DNA of 64,000 bases from an uncultured Planctomycetota bacterium (GTDB taxonomy: Bacteria; Planctomycetota; PLA2; JAEUHO01): the NCBI GenBank assembly GCA_963752285.1, contig CAVVXN010000005.1, positions 1,600,001 through 1,664,000 of the forward strand, written 5' to 3'. Under the pieces are notes generated by a model. That model did no database searches, was not told where the DNA came from, and saw only the letters and a list, made by a program, of their open reading frames with translations. Below, piece by piece: positions 21,101 through 29,787 of the stretch. Position numbers and translations under genes: made by a program. Position 1 is the first letter of the stretch; each line of letters opens with the position of its first letter.

Positions 21101-23279
21101 GGTGGGAACGCCCGGGCCTTCCTTGACCCTGCCCGACGTCGTCAGCGCGCTCGCGTTCTCGCGTGACGGTACCCATCTCTACGCCACGACCTACTCCGGC
21201 TCGATCTTCATCTTGTCCCCGGGGAGCTCCACGCGCCGGGCACTCGCCGAGCTACCGGACACCGCCCTCACCGCCCTGTCCGTGTCCGCGCGGCCCTCCG
21301 GGCAACCCGGGGACCGGCTTCTGGCGGCCACGTGGAAGGCCGCGGGCGCCCAGCCCGCGTCCGCGGACGTGATCGGCTGGGACGTCCCGGGAGACGACGA
21401 CGCACCGGCGAGTCGCCGAATCCAGATCCACACCCCGCACGCGAGTCCCATCACCCAGCTGTCCTGCAGCGCCAGCGGCGCACTCGTCGCGACGGGCAGC
21501 CCGGACGGTCGGGTCGAACTCTGGAGCGGTGAGGACGGCTCGGCGCGGCCGACGCCCGTCGATGTCCGAGGTGCCCTCGATGCGATCGCCATCTCACGAG
21601 ACGGCGACTCCCTGTGCGTCGCCAGTCACCGCCCCGACGCGCGTCCGCGCGCGCACGAGGGGCCGGCTCGATCGGACCAGGCTCTCATCCGCGTCTGGAC
21701 CCTGAGAAGGCCCGAGGTCGTCCAAGGGAGGCGCGGCCCCGTGCCGCCGCCGGCCCCCGTACCCCTCGCGACCCCGATGAGCGCCGGGTCGCCTCTCGTT
21801 GCGCCCCCGGAGGCCGGTCGCCTCACGGCCGTGCTCGAGGCCCAGACGCATCAGATCCTGGCCCTCGTGCCCGCCGCGGGCGACGCGCGGATGTTCTCGA
21901 TCGGCTCGACCGACCGGGGGGAGATCCTGGAGTGGGAGCTCCGGGCGACGCCCCCACCGCTCCGAGGCCTGTCACCCGAGGTCCCGGCCGTGCTCGCCCT
22001 CGCTCTCGCGCCCGGCGGAAGGACCGTCTACGCCGGACTCGGAGACTCCGAGGTCCCCGGGACCGGAGGAGCGCGGGGCATCGCCGCGTACGACACGGCT
22101 CCGGAGGGCTCGATCGCCCTGCTGGACGACGGAGCCGACGAGCCCGGCTGCAATCGCATCGACGGGCGCGCGTTGGCTCTCTCTCCGCGAGGGGAGCGCC
22201 TGTTCTCCGGCGTCTGGCGAGCGGAACCGGGCGGAAACAGCCCGTGCTCGGCGCCGCCGGAGGAGGCCTCCGAAGGCGGTGCGTCCACGAAGGACGGACG
22301 GATCGACTGGGTCCCGCCGGAGCAGGTCGGCGCCGAGGTCAGGTCCCCGGAGGCGGAACCCCAACTGGTGGCCGCCTACCGACTCGTCAAGGTCCTGACC
22401 TTGCCGACGGGGGACGAACCCCTCCGCTACCCTCGACCGACTCCCAGCTACCTCCACGTGGACCGCCCCTACGAGGCCGTTCTCGACCTGACCGCGTCCA
22501 CCGACGGACGCCGCGTGTACGCGGCGGGGAGATCCGGAACGGTCTACGAGTACGACGTCGAGAAGCTCAGTCTGCTGCGCCGCTTCCGCGGCGGAGACGC
22601 CCCCGCCTCCGCGATCGCGATCGCCCCCGACGCGGCGCTGCCCGAGCTTCGACGACTGTACGTGGGCGATCGGGACGGCCTGGTCCGCGTGTGGGACCTT
22701 CGAGGAGACGGTCGCCTCGAGTTCACCTTCCGCGCCCACGACACGGGGATCGGGGCCCTTCTGGTCTCGTGCGACGGCCGCTGTCTCTACTCGGCAGCCG
22801 GCACCCGGGGCATCGCCGACGAACGCAGCCAGATGCTCATGCGACCGGACACGACGGTCCGACGTTGGGACGCCGCAGCGCACCAGCTGATCGGCACGTT
22901 CTCGGGTCACGAGGACTCGATCACCTGTCTCGCGATCCAAGGCGGAACCCTGTACTCGGGGAGCCTCGACGGCACGGTCCGCGTGTGGGACATCGCGAAG
23001 GAGGAACTCGAGGCCGTCTTGGACACGGGTGGGGCGAGCGTGAGGAGCCTCGCGATCGCTCCCGGAGGGGCGAGGCTGTTCTGTGGCACCGAAGAGCAGG
23101 GCCTGCTCGAATTCGATCTCCGGTACTTCCTCGAGCCGCCCGCGGTCCGCGTACGGAGCATCGAGGGATCGACTGGGCTGCGGATGGATCGCGAGCTTCT
23201 CGGAGTGCGACGCGTGCTGAGGGACAACCTCAGCGTCGCCCCCGCTCAGCCGTCGGCCCATCCGGAGGAGGGCCGTTGA
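18195..23279 (+). CDS. Hanks-type Ser/Thr kinase with TM helix and many WD40 repeats (1694 aa)
   Basis: GRGGQGIVY, VAFK, HRDLKPEN, DWG, GTPGYMAPE, DVYALG; TM ASLLVVAATVVAALY; repeated GH...WD units; TTG start after GGAGG. Confidence 0.93.
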   Translation: MDPNDTRTRLQEELRDLRARGPRVRASELLDRHPDLLPVFLEWLGGARQASPVHGGVAPVGLPPLRVVPGDRYESFSVVGRGGQGIVYRATDIDLQRDVAFKALRTVAADLPNGAVPGTPWDLPAPTGPGDSDLALTRERFLQEALITGGLSHPGIAPLYEIGQTPLGVPYYTMRFIKGETTLRTRMADLAVAGVEARLALLEPYLKVCDTIEYAHSRGVVHRDLKPENVAIGRYGEVVVLDWGLAAMLPEIAASRSHWHQAVEKLKRGRENVESGVLGTPGYMAPETFSGANETPGTSGDVYALGTILYEILTGRHPHSYRSLAEYVERVTREDPAPARSVDPAVPEELSSLSTRALARHPERRPSSIGDLTAEIRAWQSRTAMDREVGGLLREARTLLDHAEGMSGEDLLREVDRAAAPLHQVLRLRPGEGTAQQEMRRASALRERAQAEHRAAVELAARRSSAESRRRAVRRIAFSASLLVVAATVVAALYASDRRRDAERNAARAASAEEQARTRLGQTLAHLSVAYGQEGRRAAARLASATALETRPTPDTWRALASAARFALPTFRAVSLNVHVLSLAFDPARGLLYAGCEDGDVRVWDLGSGAEQREFHAHDDPVTALALSRDGRHLYTGGAGLIRKWDAVDEKVLDTLVGMRGAVRRILVTDGEEVLIAIDGGPTGGRGPDGEGSEEAGEAPTTSTVQVWDLKERDKPWHIEGVEGFSPGAVCLDPRAGSLLVGAEGTVIEWSLSARRPIRAFHVAVGRVSDLWVTADGSLLFVATEGAGDERFPVEIRDRKTFEVRSRVGQKVLGGFDRLAFDARDRVLYASRTRGGWIDAWSLRADEPEEQPGRRGRSPVLVLPSVARVVARHDEDSLCVYSARGSQRVLAQLPVGHAHAIRKAAGSPDGRRLITWDHSGVLRTWECEPWQCTARTSGLGAVQALAVAPLGTDRAAVAQASRVTWIDTTVGTPGPSLTLPDVVSALAFSRDGTHLYATTYSGSIFILSPGSSTRRALAELPDTALTALSVSARPSGQPGDRLLAATWKAAGAQPASADVIGWDVPGDDDAPASRRIQIHTPHASPITQLSCSASGALVATGSPDGRVELWSGEDGSARPTPVDVRGALDAIAISRDGDSLCVASHRPDARPRAHEGPARSDQALIRVWTLRRPEVVQGRRGPVPPPAPVPLATPMSAGSPLVAPPEAGRLTAVLEAQTHQILALVPAAGDARMFSIGSTDRGEILEWELRATPPPLRGLSPEVPAVLALALAPGGRTVYAGLGDSEVPGTGGARGIAAYDTAPEGSIALLDDGADEPGCNRIDGRALALSPRGERLFSGVWRAEPGGNSPCSAPPEEASEGGASTKDGRIDWVPPEQVGAEVRSPEAEPQLVAAYRLVKVLTLPTGDEPLRYPRPTPSYLHVDRPYEAVLDLTASTDGRRVYAAGRSGTVYEYDVEKLSLLRRFRGGDAPASAIAIAPDAALPELRRLYVGDRDGLVRVWDLRGDGRLEFTFRAHDTGIGALLVSCDGRCLYSAAGTRGIADERSQMLMRPDTTVRRWDAAAHQLIGTFSGHEDSITCLAIQGGTLYSGSLDGTVRVWDIAKEELEAVLDTGGASVRSLAIAPGGARLFCGTEEQGLLEFDLRYFLEPPAVRVRSIEGSTGLRMDRELLGVRRVLRDNLSVAPAQPSAHPEEGR

Positions 23280-23280
23280 C

Positions 23281-24492
23281 GTGAGCCGAGGGCCGCGAGG
23301 GATTCTGGCCGCGCTGCTGCTGTTGTCGTTTCTGGGTCCGGGCTGCCAGCCGGAGGGGTCGAGCGACTCGCCGAGTCTCGACGTGCTGGCGGACGTCTTG
23401 ACGAGCGGATCCCCCGCGGACCGACGATGGGCGGCGTGCCAGATCGCCGCCAGGGCCCCTCGAGCCCTGGGACCTCGGGGACGTGTCGTGCGGCGTGCGC
23501 TGATCTCGGTCCTCGGGCGCGCGGACGACGACCCGGACGTCCGGGTCCACGCGGTGCTCGCGCTCGGGGCCTGCGCACGGGGAGACTCGGAAGCCGTCGA
23601 TGCGCTCTTCGCGCATCAGATCGACGCCACCCCGAGCGTCGCGGCCATGGCGACACGGGCCATCGGCATGCTGGGGCTCCCGCGCGAACGGGCGGACACG
23701 ATGTTCCTGGATCCCGTTCCGGACGCCGGGGGGCAGGAGGGGCGGCTCGAGTGGGTTGCGACCCACGTTGCCCAGCCTTCCGAGGCCCCGGGGGAGCTGC
23801 GCGTCACCTTCGCCTGGCGGCTGGTGCGACGACTCCGCCCCGGTCAGGCCGCCGCCCCGGGCGGCGGGGCCGCGGGGTGGATCTGGGTCGCGAGTCCGGC
23901 CGCGCCCCTGCCCGGAACCTCGTTGACCTGGCGAGAGACGCTGTCGGTGGCCCAGCAGGAGGCGCGGAGAGACGGGAAGCTCCTGCTCGTCGCCTCCCGA
24001 CAGCCTGGGTGCGGGCTCTGCGAGCGGCTGCCGCGCGAGGTGGCGGAGACGCTGGCTCTCCAGATCCAGTCGATGGCGGTCTGCTACATGCTGGACGCAC
24101 GGAATCCGGAGGCTCCGGCGGTCTGGCAGATGCTGAGGGCGTACCTCCCCCGGGCGCGCCTGATGCCGCTGGTGGGCATCCTCTCGCCGGACCTCCAGTG
24201 GATCACCGGATTCGGAGGACCACCCAGCGTGGAAAAGCTCCGGAGCGCGCTCGAGCAAGCCCAGCGGCTTCGACCGCGGCCGGGGCCGCGTCGACCCACC
24301 CTGGACGATTGGATCCGCCGCCACCTGGCGAGTCGTGACGCACCTCCGTTCCGCGCGGTCGGCACGGACGAGGCGGAGTTCGCTCCCTACGTGGGTCAGA
24401 CCTGGCAACTCGTCGCAAAGCTGGGCCGCCGGGGCATCGGGGTGTCGTGGACGAAGGCAGAGACCGGCGCAGCGGCGCCCCCCCCGAAGTGA
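23281..24492 (+). CDS. Putative lipoprotein with HEAT-like repeats and thioredoxin-like CxxC domain
   Basis: Signal ending GPGC, DPDVRVHAVLALG HEAT repeat, WRETLSVAQQEARRDGKLLLV...CGLC. Confidence 0.65.
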   Translation: MSRGPRGILAALLLLSFLGPGCQPEGSSDSPSLDVLADVLTSGSPADRRWAACQIAARAPRALGPRGRVVRRALISVLGRADDDPDVRVHAVLALGACARGDSEAVDALFAHQIDATPSVAAMATRAIGMLGLPRERADTMFLDPVPDAGGQEGRLEWVATHVAQPSEAPGELRVTFAWRLVRRLRPGQAAAPGGGAAGWIWVASPAAPLPGTSLTWRETLSVAQQEARRDGKLLLVASRQPGCGLCERLPREVAETLALQIQSMAVCYMLDARNPEAPAVWQMLRAYLPRARLMPLVGILSPDLQWITGFGGPPSVEKLRSALEQAQRLRPRPGPRRPTLDDWIRRHLASRDAPPFRAVGTDEAEFAPYVGQTWQLVAKLGRRGIGVSWTKAETGAAAPPPK

Positions 24493-24585
24493 GGCGGGCC
24501 GGACGCCGGCCCGGGCCGCGACCCGATGTCCACGGCATCGGACGACCCGCGAATGCGGCTCGCGCGATCGCCACTGTCCTTCGCC

Positions 24586-25200
24586 TCACTTCGCCCGGCG
24601 GTAGCGGAGCTCCATGATCTTCTGCTCCGTCTCCTCGCCGGCGCCCTCCTTCGTGCCCGGCTGGGGCATCGTCCAGTACGCCTCCACCGTCCACTCGTCC
24701 GGGCTCAGCTTCGTCAACACGTCGCGCTCGGGCGTCGGGCCCCACGGCGTGGGCACGGTGCCCGTGAGGGTCACGACGTCGCCCTCCCGCGTCCCGTTCG
24801 TGAACGACTGGTTCGTGCTCATGCCGTCGATCCACAGGCTCTCGTATCGCTTCGTCACGTTGTCGTAGCCGACGGTGCTCTCGCCGTGGAAGGGCTGCCC
24901 CTCCGCCTCACCGCTGTACTCGAGACGGATGTAGTGCTTGTCGAGGATCCAGTGGCACTCGGCGGTCCCGGTGGACGTCTGCGGCTCACCGGGTCCCTGC
25001 CAGAACTTCACCTCGGTCTGCCAGGAGCCCGTCATGAAGTCGAGCCACGCGTGGTTCTCGCCCACCCGGCCCATCTCCGCGTACCACGCGCGAGCGGCCG
25101 CCGCCGGATCGCCCGGCTCGTCCTTCGACGACGCGGACAGCGCGAGGAACCCGACCAGCACCACGACCAGTCCGACCGACCCGAACCCACGCCCGCTCAT
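24586..25200 (-). CDS. DUF1579 family exported protein
   Basis: Signal peptide; GENHAWL..GSW, GYDNVTKRYESLWIDGMST, MELRYRR motifs. Confidence 0.85.
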   Translation of the reverse strand: MSGRGFGSVGLVVVLVGFLALSASSKDEPGDPAAAARAWYAEMGRVGENHAWLDFMTGSWQTEVKFWQGPGEPQTSTGTAECHWILDKHYIRLEYSGEAEGQPFHGESTVGYDNVTKRYESLWIDGMSTNQSFTNGTREGDVVTLTGTVPTPWGPTPERDVLTKLSPDEWTVEAYWTMPQPGTKEGAGEETEQKIMELRYRRAK

Positions 25201-25453
25201 CGCATCCTCCTCTGTCGATCCGACCACCTCTACGGCGGGTCCCGGAGCATACCGTCGGACCTGCGTCCGCGGGCGGCACGTCGCGGGCCCGACACCCCGG
25301 GCCGCCCGGACGAACGTGCCCCGAAGAGCTCCGCGGGTCCGCGGCGGCGAAAGGCAGAGGCCCCGGGAGGGAGCGTCGGAGCGCCCCGGCGGGACCTGGG
25401 GGGCCGCCGGGGCGCGGGCGGGGACGAGCGGGGGGCCGGACGGGCCCCGGCGC

Positions 25454-28156
25454 TCAGTAGACGACGATCTGGACCGTGTGGGTGGTGCTCCCCGCCGCGT
25501 TCGTGGCCGTGACGACGTAGCCGCTGAACCCTGCGGTGACGGTCGGGGTGCCGGAGATCACGCCCGTGGACGTGTTGAGGGTCAGCCCCGCGGGCAGCGC
25601 CGGAGAGACCGAGTAGCTCGCCACGGCTCCGCCCGAGGACGACGGCTGCATGCTCGCGATCGGGGTGTTGATGTACGCGACGTTCGGGTCGTTCGTGTAG
25701 CTCAGGTTCGACGGCGCGCCCAGCACGATCGTCACGTGCACCGTGGCCATGGTCGAGCCCGCGGCGTTCGACGCCGTGACGATGTGGTCGGCTCCGGCCG
25801 TCACCGTCGTCGGGGTGCCGGAGATCACGCCGGTGGCGGTGCTGAACGTGAGCCCCGCCGGAAGGGCTGGCGAGATCGACCACGTGGCAACCGCGCCGCC
25901 CCCCACGGTCGGCGCGCTCGGCGAGATCGCGCTTCCGGTCGGGTACGAGACGGGCGTCGCGTACGAGAGCCCGCTCGGGGGCTGGAGACCCTGCGACACC
26001 GTGATGTTCACCGTGAACGTCGTGGACCCCGCGCTGTTGCTCGCGGTCACCACGTACCCGGCCGCTGCGGTGGCCGTCGTCGGCGTGCCGCTGATCGACC
26101 CGGTGGACGTGTCGAGGGTGAGTCCGGCGGGGAGGGAGGGGGAGACGGAGTAGCCCGACACGGTCCCTCCCGAGTGCGTGGCGACGTTCGGCGTGATCGC
26201 GACTCCGGCGGTGTAGGTGACCGGCGAGGCGTAAGCCAGACTCGTCGGCGGGATCGCCTGGACAGCGATGTTCACGACGGCGTCCGTCGAGCCGGCCGCG
26301 TTCTGCGCGGTCACCGTGTAGTCCGCGGCCGCGCTCGGCGCGGTCGGCGTACCCGAGACGACGCCGGTGACCGGGTCGAGCACGAGCCCCGTCGGAAGGG
26401 GCGGCGCGACGGAGTACGCGGCCACGGCCCCGCCGACGCTCGACGGGACGTTGCTCGAGATCGCCGACTGCTCCGTGTAGACGACCGGCGTGTCGTAGAG
26501 CAGCCCGGCCGGGGGAAGGTCCTCGGTGCGGATCTGCATCTGGCCCCGCGCGAGGCCGAGCGGCGCGACGGCGGTCTCGACATCCGCGTAGAAACGTGGG
26601 GCTGCAGCAAGGAGGCGGGAGAACGTGCGGCCCGTGAAAGAGGTGTCGCCCGTGATGAAACGTTCGGTCACCGCCACGTTCTCGCCGCCAAGGAGGTCGA
26701 TCAGCGCCGGCCCGTCGGATGCGGGCGCGCCGTCGTGGACGTGCGCGGCCGTGACGAGCGTGGCCGACGGATTCGAGATGTCGAAGGTGAACGAGCACCG
26801 GAAGATGTCGGTCACGACGAGGTTCAGGGAGCCGGCGGCGGTCGGGTCCACGACCGTCGTCTCCTCGGAGCCGTCGAGCACGGCGAAGAACGTGACGGGG
26901 CTCTGGGAGAGCTGGCCCCGCGCGATCCCGGCCGGGTCGGCGGTCGTGTGGAAGTTCACGTAGAACGCGGCGGGATCGGCCAGGATCCGGGTGTAGAGGT
27001 CCTGGTCGCAGGCGACCGTGCCCTCGGCGGAGAACGAGGGGCCGCTCGCGACGAAGTCGCTCCCGGACATGAGGTCGATCACCGGCGCCCCGTCCACGCC
27101 CGCGCCACCCTCGTGGACGTGCGCCTGGACGATGCTCACGATGTTCTGCGCGGGCGGCACGGCCATGTGGACCGTGCCCTCCGTGAACGAGTGGAGCGCG
27201 AGCGTGACGCCGCCCGTCGCAACGGGGTCGCTCGGTGGCGTCGTCTCCTCCTCCGCCGAGAGGTGGGACCACACGTGGAGCTCGCCGTCGGTGAGCTGGC
27301 CGCGGGCGACGCCGAGCGGCAAGCTGGCCGTGTGCACGTTGGCGTAGAAGTCGGGCAGGTCCACGGCGAGACGGGCGATCGTGTCGAGACCCAGGGAGAC
27401 GGAGCCCTGGAGGAGCCCGGTCACGGGATCGCGGGTCGCGCCGGCCACCGCGAGGTCCACCACAACGGGCCCGTCCACGCCGACGGGGCCCGCGTGGATG
27501 TGCGCCAGGGTCAGCGTGTCGCTCGCTGGCGACCGCATGGCGATTCGCCACTCGAGCGTTCCGTCCGCCCCGAGGTGTCCCGTGAACGCCCCGCGCGCGG
27601 CGGGATCCCCCATCGCCGTCTCGTCGGCGCCGAGGAGGAGGGCGTGGAGATCGAGACCGGCCAGGGGGGCGAGCTGCGCGCGCACGAGCCCGCCGGGAGC
27701 CGCGGAGGTGGTGATCTCCGCATAGAACGCATCGGGCGCAGCGGCGATCTCGCCGGCCACGGAGGCCGAGATCGTGACCTGTCCCGCGGCGGCGTGGGTC
27801 ACGGGGTCGAACGACGCGCCGCCCGAGAGAAGGTCGGCGATCAGGGCTCCGTCCACGCCCGCGTCGCCGCGGTGAAGCGTCGCCCCCGTGATGCCGGGGC
27901 CCCACGTGGCCTGGGCGCCCGCGCCGAAGAGGACCTTGCCATCGCTCTCGACCTCGAGCGCGAGCGCGCCGCGCGCGTTGGCGTCCACGACCGGGCTCTC
28001 CTCGGTGCCGAGGAGGATCGCCTGGAGGCGCGCGAGGGTCGTGGGGGTCGGCGGGGGGACGACCGGCGTCCCGCCACCGCCGCCGCCCCCGCAACCGGCC
28101 AGGAGGAGGAGCAGGACGCAAGGGACGTGGGGCGAACGGAGGGCGGCGGAGCGCAT
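25454..28156 (-). CDS. Lipoprotein with four CHRD domains and four putative Ig (He_PIG-like) domains
   Basis: Lipobox LLAGC plus Gly linker; four units with AH(I/V)H...FY.N.HT...G..RGQL; four LPxGL...TG.(I/V)SGTPT repeats. Confidence 0.88.
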   Translation of the reverse strand: MRSAALRSPHVPCVLLLLLAGCGGGGGGGTPVVPPPTPTTLARLQAILLGTEESPVVDANARGALALEVESDGKVLFGAGAQATWGPGITGATLHRGDAGVDGALIADLLSGGASFDPVTHAAAGQVTISASVAGEIAAAPDAFYAEITTSAAPGGLVRAQLAPLAGLDLHALLLGADETAMGDPAARGAFTGHLGADGTLEWRIAMRSPASDTLTLAHIHAGPVGVDGPVVVDLAVAGATRDPVTGLLQGSVSLGLDTIARLAVDLPDFYANVHTASLPLGVARGQLTDGELHVWSHLSAEEETTPPSDPVATGGVTLALHSFTEGTVHMAVPPAQNIVSIVQAHVHEGGAGVDGAPVIDLMSGSDFVASGPSFSAEGTVACDQDLYTRILADPAAFYVNFHTTADPAGIARGQLSQSPVTFFAVLDGSEETTVVDPTAAGSLNLVVTDIFRCSFTFDISNPSATLVTAAHVHDGAPASDGPALIDLLGGENVAVTERFITGDTSFTGRTFSRLLAAAPRFYADVETAVAPLGLARGQMQIRTEDLPPAGLLYDTPVVYTEQSAISSNVPSSVGGAVAAYSVAPPLPTGLVLDPVTGVVSGTPTAPSAAADYTVTAQNAAGSTDAVVNIAVQAIPPTSLAYASPVTYTAGVAITPNVATHSGGTVSGYSVSPSLPAGLTLDTSTGSISGTPTTATAAAGYVVTASNSAGSTTFTVNITVSQGLQPPSGLSYATPVSYPTGSAISPSAPTVGGGAVATWSISPALPAGLTFSTATGVISGTPTTVTAGADHIVTASNAAGSTMATVHVTIVLGAPSNLSYTNDPNVAYINTPIASMQPSSSGGAVASYSVSPALPAGLTLNTSTGVISGTPTVTAGFSGYVVTATNAAGSTTHTVQIVVY

Positions 28157-28421
28157 GGGCGAGGACCTTTCCCGCGACGCATCGCGGAGGCGCCCCCTGC
28201 TTGCCGCACGCTCGGCCCCGGGCCCTGCCCCGGGCCCCAGCATTGCATACGCAATGCGGCCGCAATGCAACCGCATCGATCGTCGGCTGTCAAGCGCCGA
28301 TGCGCGGCGCAGTCGGGGTCGAAGTCCCGGGTCGCGACGGATGGGCAAAGCGGCCCGATCCCCGAGTCCTTCGGCCCCCACCGTGTTGACAGGCCGTGGC
28401 AGCACGGCTATCCGGGACGCC

Positions 28422-28883
28422 GTGGGCACGTCTTCAGGTCTGAGCCCCGCCGCCGCCGCCGCGGCCGCGCGGGCGTGCGCATGTTTCAACTTCCGCCGCG
28501 CCGCGCGGGCGGTGACCCGCCTCTTCGACGAGGCGCTGCAGCCGAGCGGGCTCCGCCCGACGCAGTTCGTCGTCCTCGTCGCGATCCGCGCCGAGGACCC
28601 CGTCGGCCTCCCGACGCTCGCCGAGCGCCTCGACCTCGACCGGAGCGCCCTGACCCGCGCGCTGAAACCGCTGGAGTCCGCCGGCCTCGTGAAGGTCACC
28701 CAGAGCCCGGCCGGCGGCAGCGCGAAGGCGAGCCTCACCACGAAGGGGATGAATCGGGTCCTCAAGACGCTGCCGCTCTGGAAGTCCGCGCAGGCCCGCT
28801 TCGTGGAGCGCTTCGGAAGCGAGCGTTGGCCGGCGCTCCTCGAGGAGCTCGGCGAGGCGCACGAGGCCGCGGGGAACGCGTAG
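28422..28883 (+). CDS. MarR-family transcriptional regulator
   Basis: CACFNFRRAARAVTRLFD, LRPTQF, DRSALTRALKPLE, LTTKG wHTH pattern; start approximate. Confidence 0.88.
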   Translation: MGTSSGLSPAAAAAAARACACFNFRRAARAVTRLFDEALQPSGLRPTQFVVLVAIRAEDPVGLPTLAERLDLDRSALTRALKPLESAGLVKVTQSPAGGSAKASLTTKGMNRVLKTLPLWKSAQARFVERFGSERWPALLEELGEAHEAAGNA

Positions 28884-28995
28884 CCCGCCGCGCGGCCGCG
28901 GCGGGCGTCCCGGGTGACGCGGGCGACGCGGTCCCGGCGGCGCGCGCCGCGGTTTACGTCTCCGGCGGGTAGCATGCCGGCCCGGGAGGAACGTC

Positions 28996-29358
28996 ATGGG
29001 CTACGTGATCCACACGAACGAACAGTACGAGCCGCTCGAGGTGATCGAGGCGGGAGGCCTCGCCGACGCGTGCACGGAGCCCTGGTGGAACCAGACGCTC
29101 TGCCGCGTGAACGACTGCGTCGTCCGCCTCGGCGTGTTCCACGGCGAGTTCCACTGGCACAAGCACGACCGCGAGGACGAGCTGTTCTACGTGATGGAGG
29201 GGAAGCTCCTCCTCGACCTCGAGGGACGGACGTTGGAGCTGGGCCCGCGCCAGGGCGTGCTGGTGCCCCGCGGCGTCGTGCATCGCACCCGCGCGCCGGC
29301 GCGCACCGTCGTCCTGATGATCGAGGGCGCGACGGTCGTGGCGACCGGAGACGTGTAG
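28996..29358 (+). CDS. Cupin domain protein
   Basis: GEFHWHKHDREDELFYVMEG and VPRGVVHRT cupin motifs. Confidence 0.92.
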   Translation: MGYVIHTNEQYEPLEVIEAGGLADACTEPWWNQTLCRVNDCVVRLGVFHGEFHWHKHDREDELFYVMEGKLLLDLEGRTLELGPRQGVLVPRGVVHRTRAPARTVVLMIEGATVVATGDV

Positions 29359-29787
29359 CGGGGACCGGCCGGCGGCCCGGAGCCCGTGAAGGAATGGGCC
29401 GAGGGCCCGAGGCCGAGCGAGAGGGCGCGAGGAGGAGGCGACCCCTCCGTGGGTCGCTGACGACGAGCGACGCCGCATCGCGGCGCCGCAGACGGCCGAA
29501 GCCCCGGACTCGATTCCCGCCCAGGCTCTCAGCCCGCCCCGGCGTCGTGGCCCTCGCGCCGGTCGCCCGGCGACCGCTTGGGCGGCGGCGCGGTCCGCCT
29601 GCCGCGACCCGACCCCGCGAGGTGGCGGAGCCACAGCGCCAGGACGACGAACGCGAGGATCAGGAGCGGGACGAACACGGCGCCCAGTTTCGCGCGGGGG
29701 CCAGGGCGAGGCCCGGCGGGGCGCGGCCCGGCGCCGTCGCGGCGGGTAGAGTCGCGGGCCGAGGACCACGCCACGGGGGTTCGGACC

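Noticed and set aside
29529..29678. Small minus-strand membrane peptide (MFVPLLILAFVVLALWLRHL...)
   Set aside because: Hydrophobic stretch is plausible, but there is no clear RBS or family motif; insufficient support.
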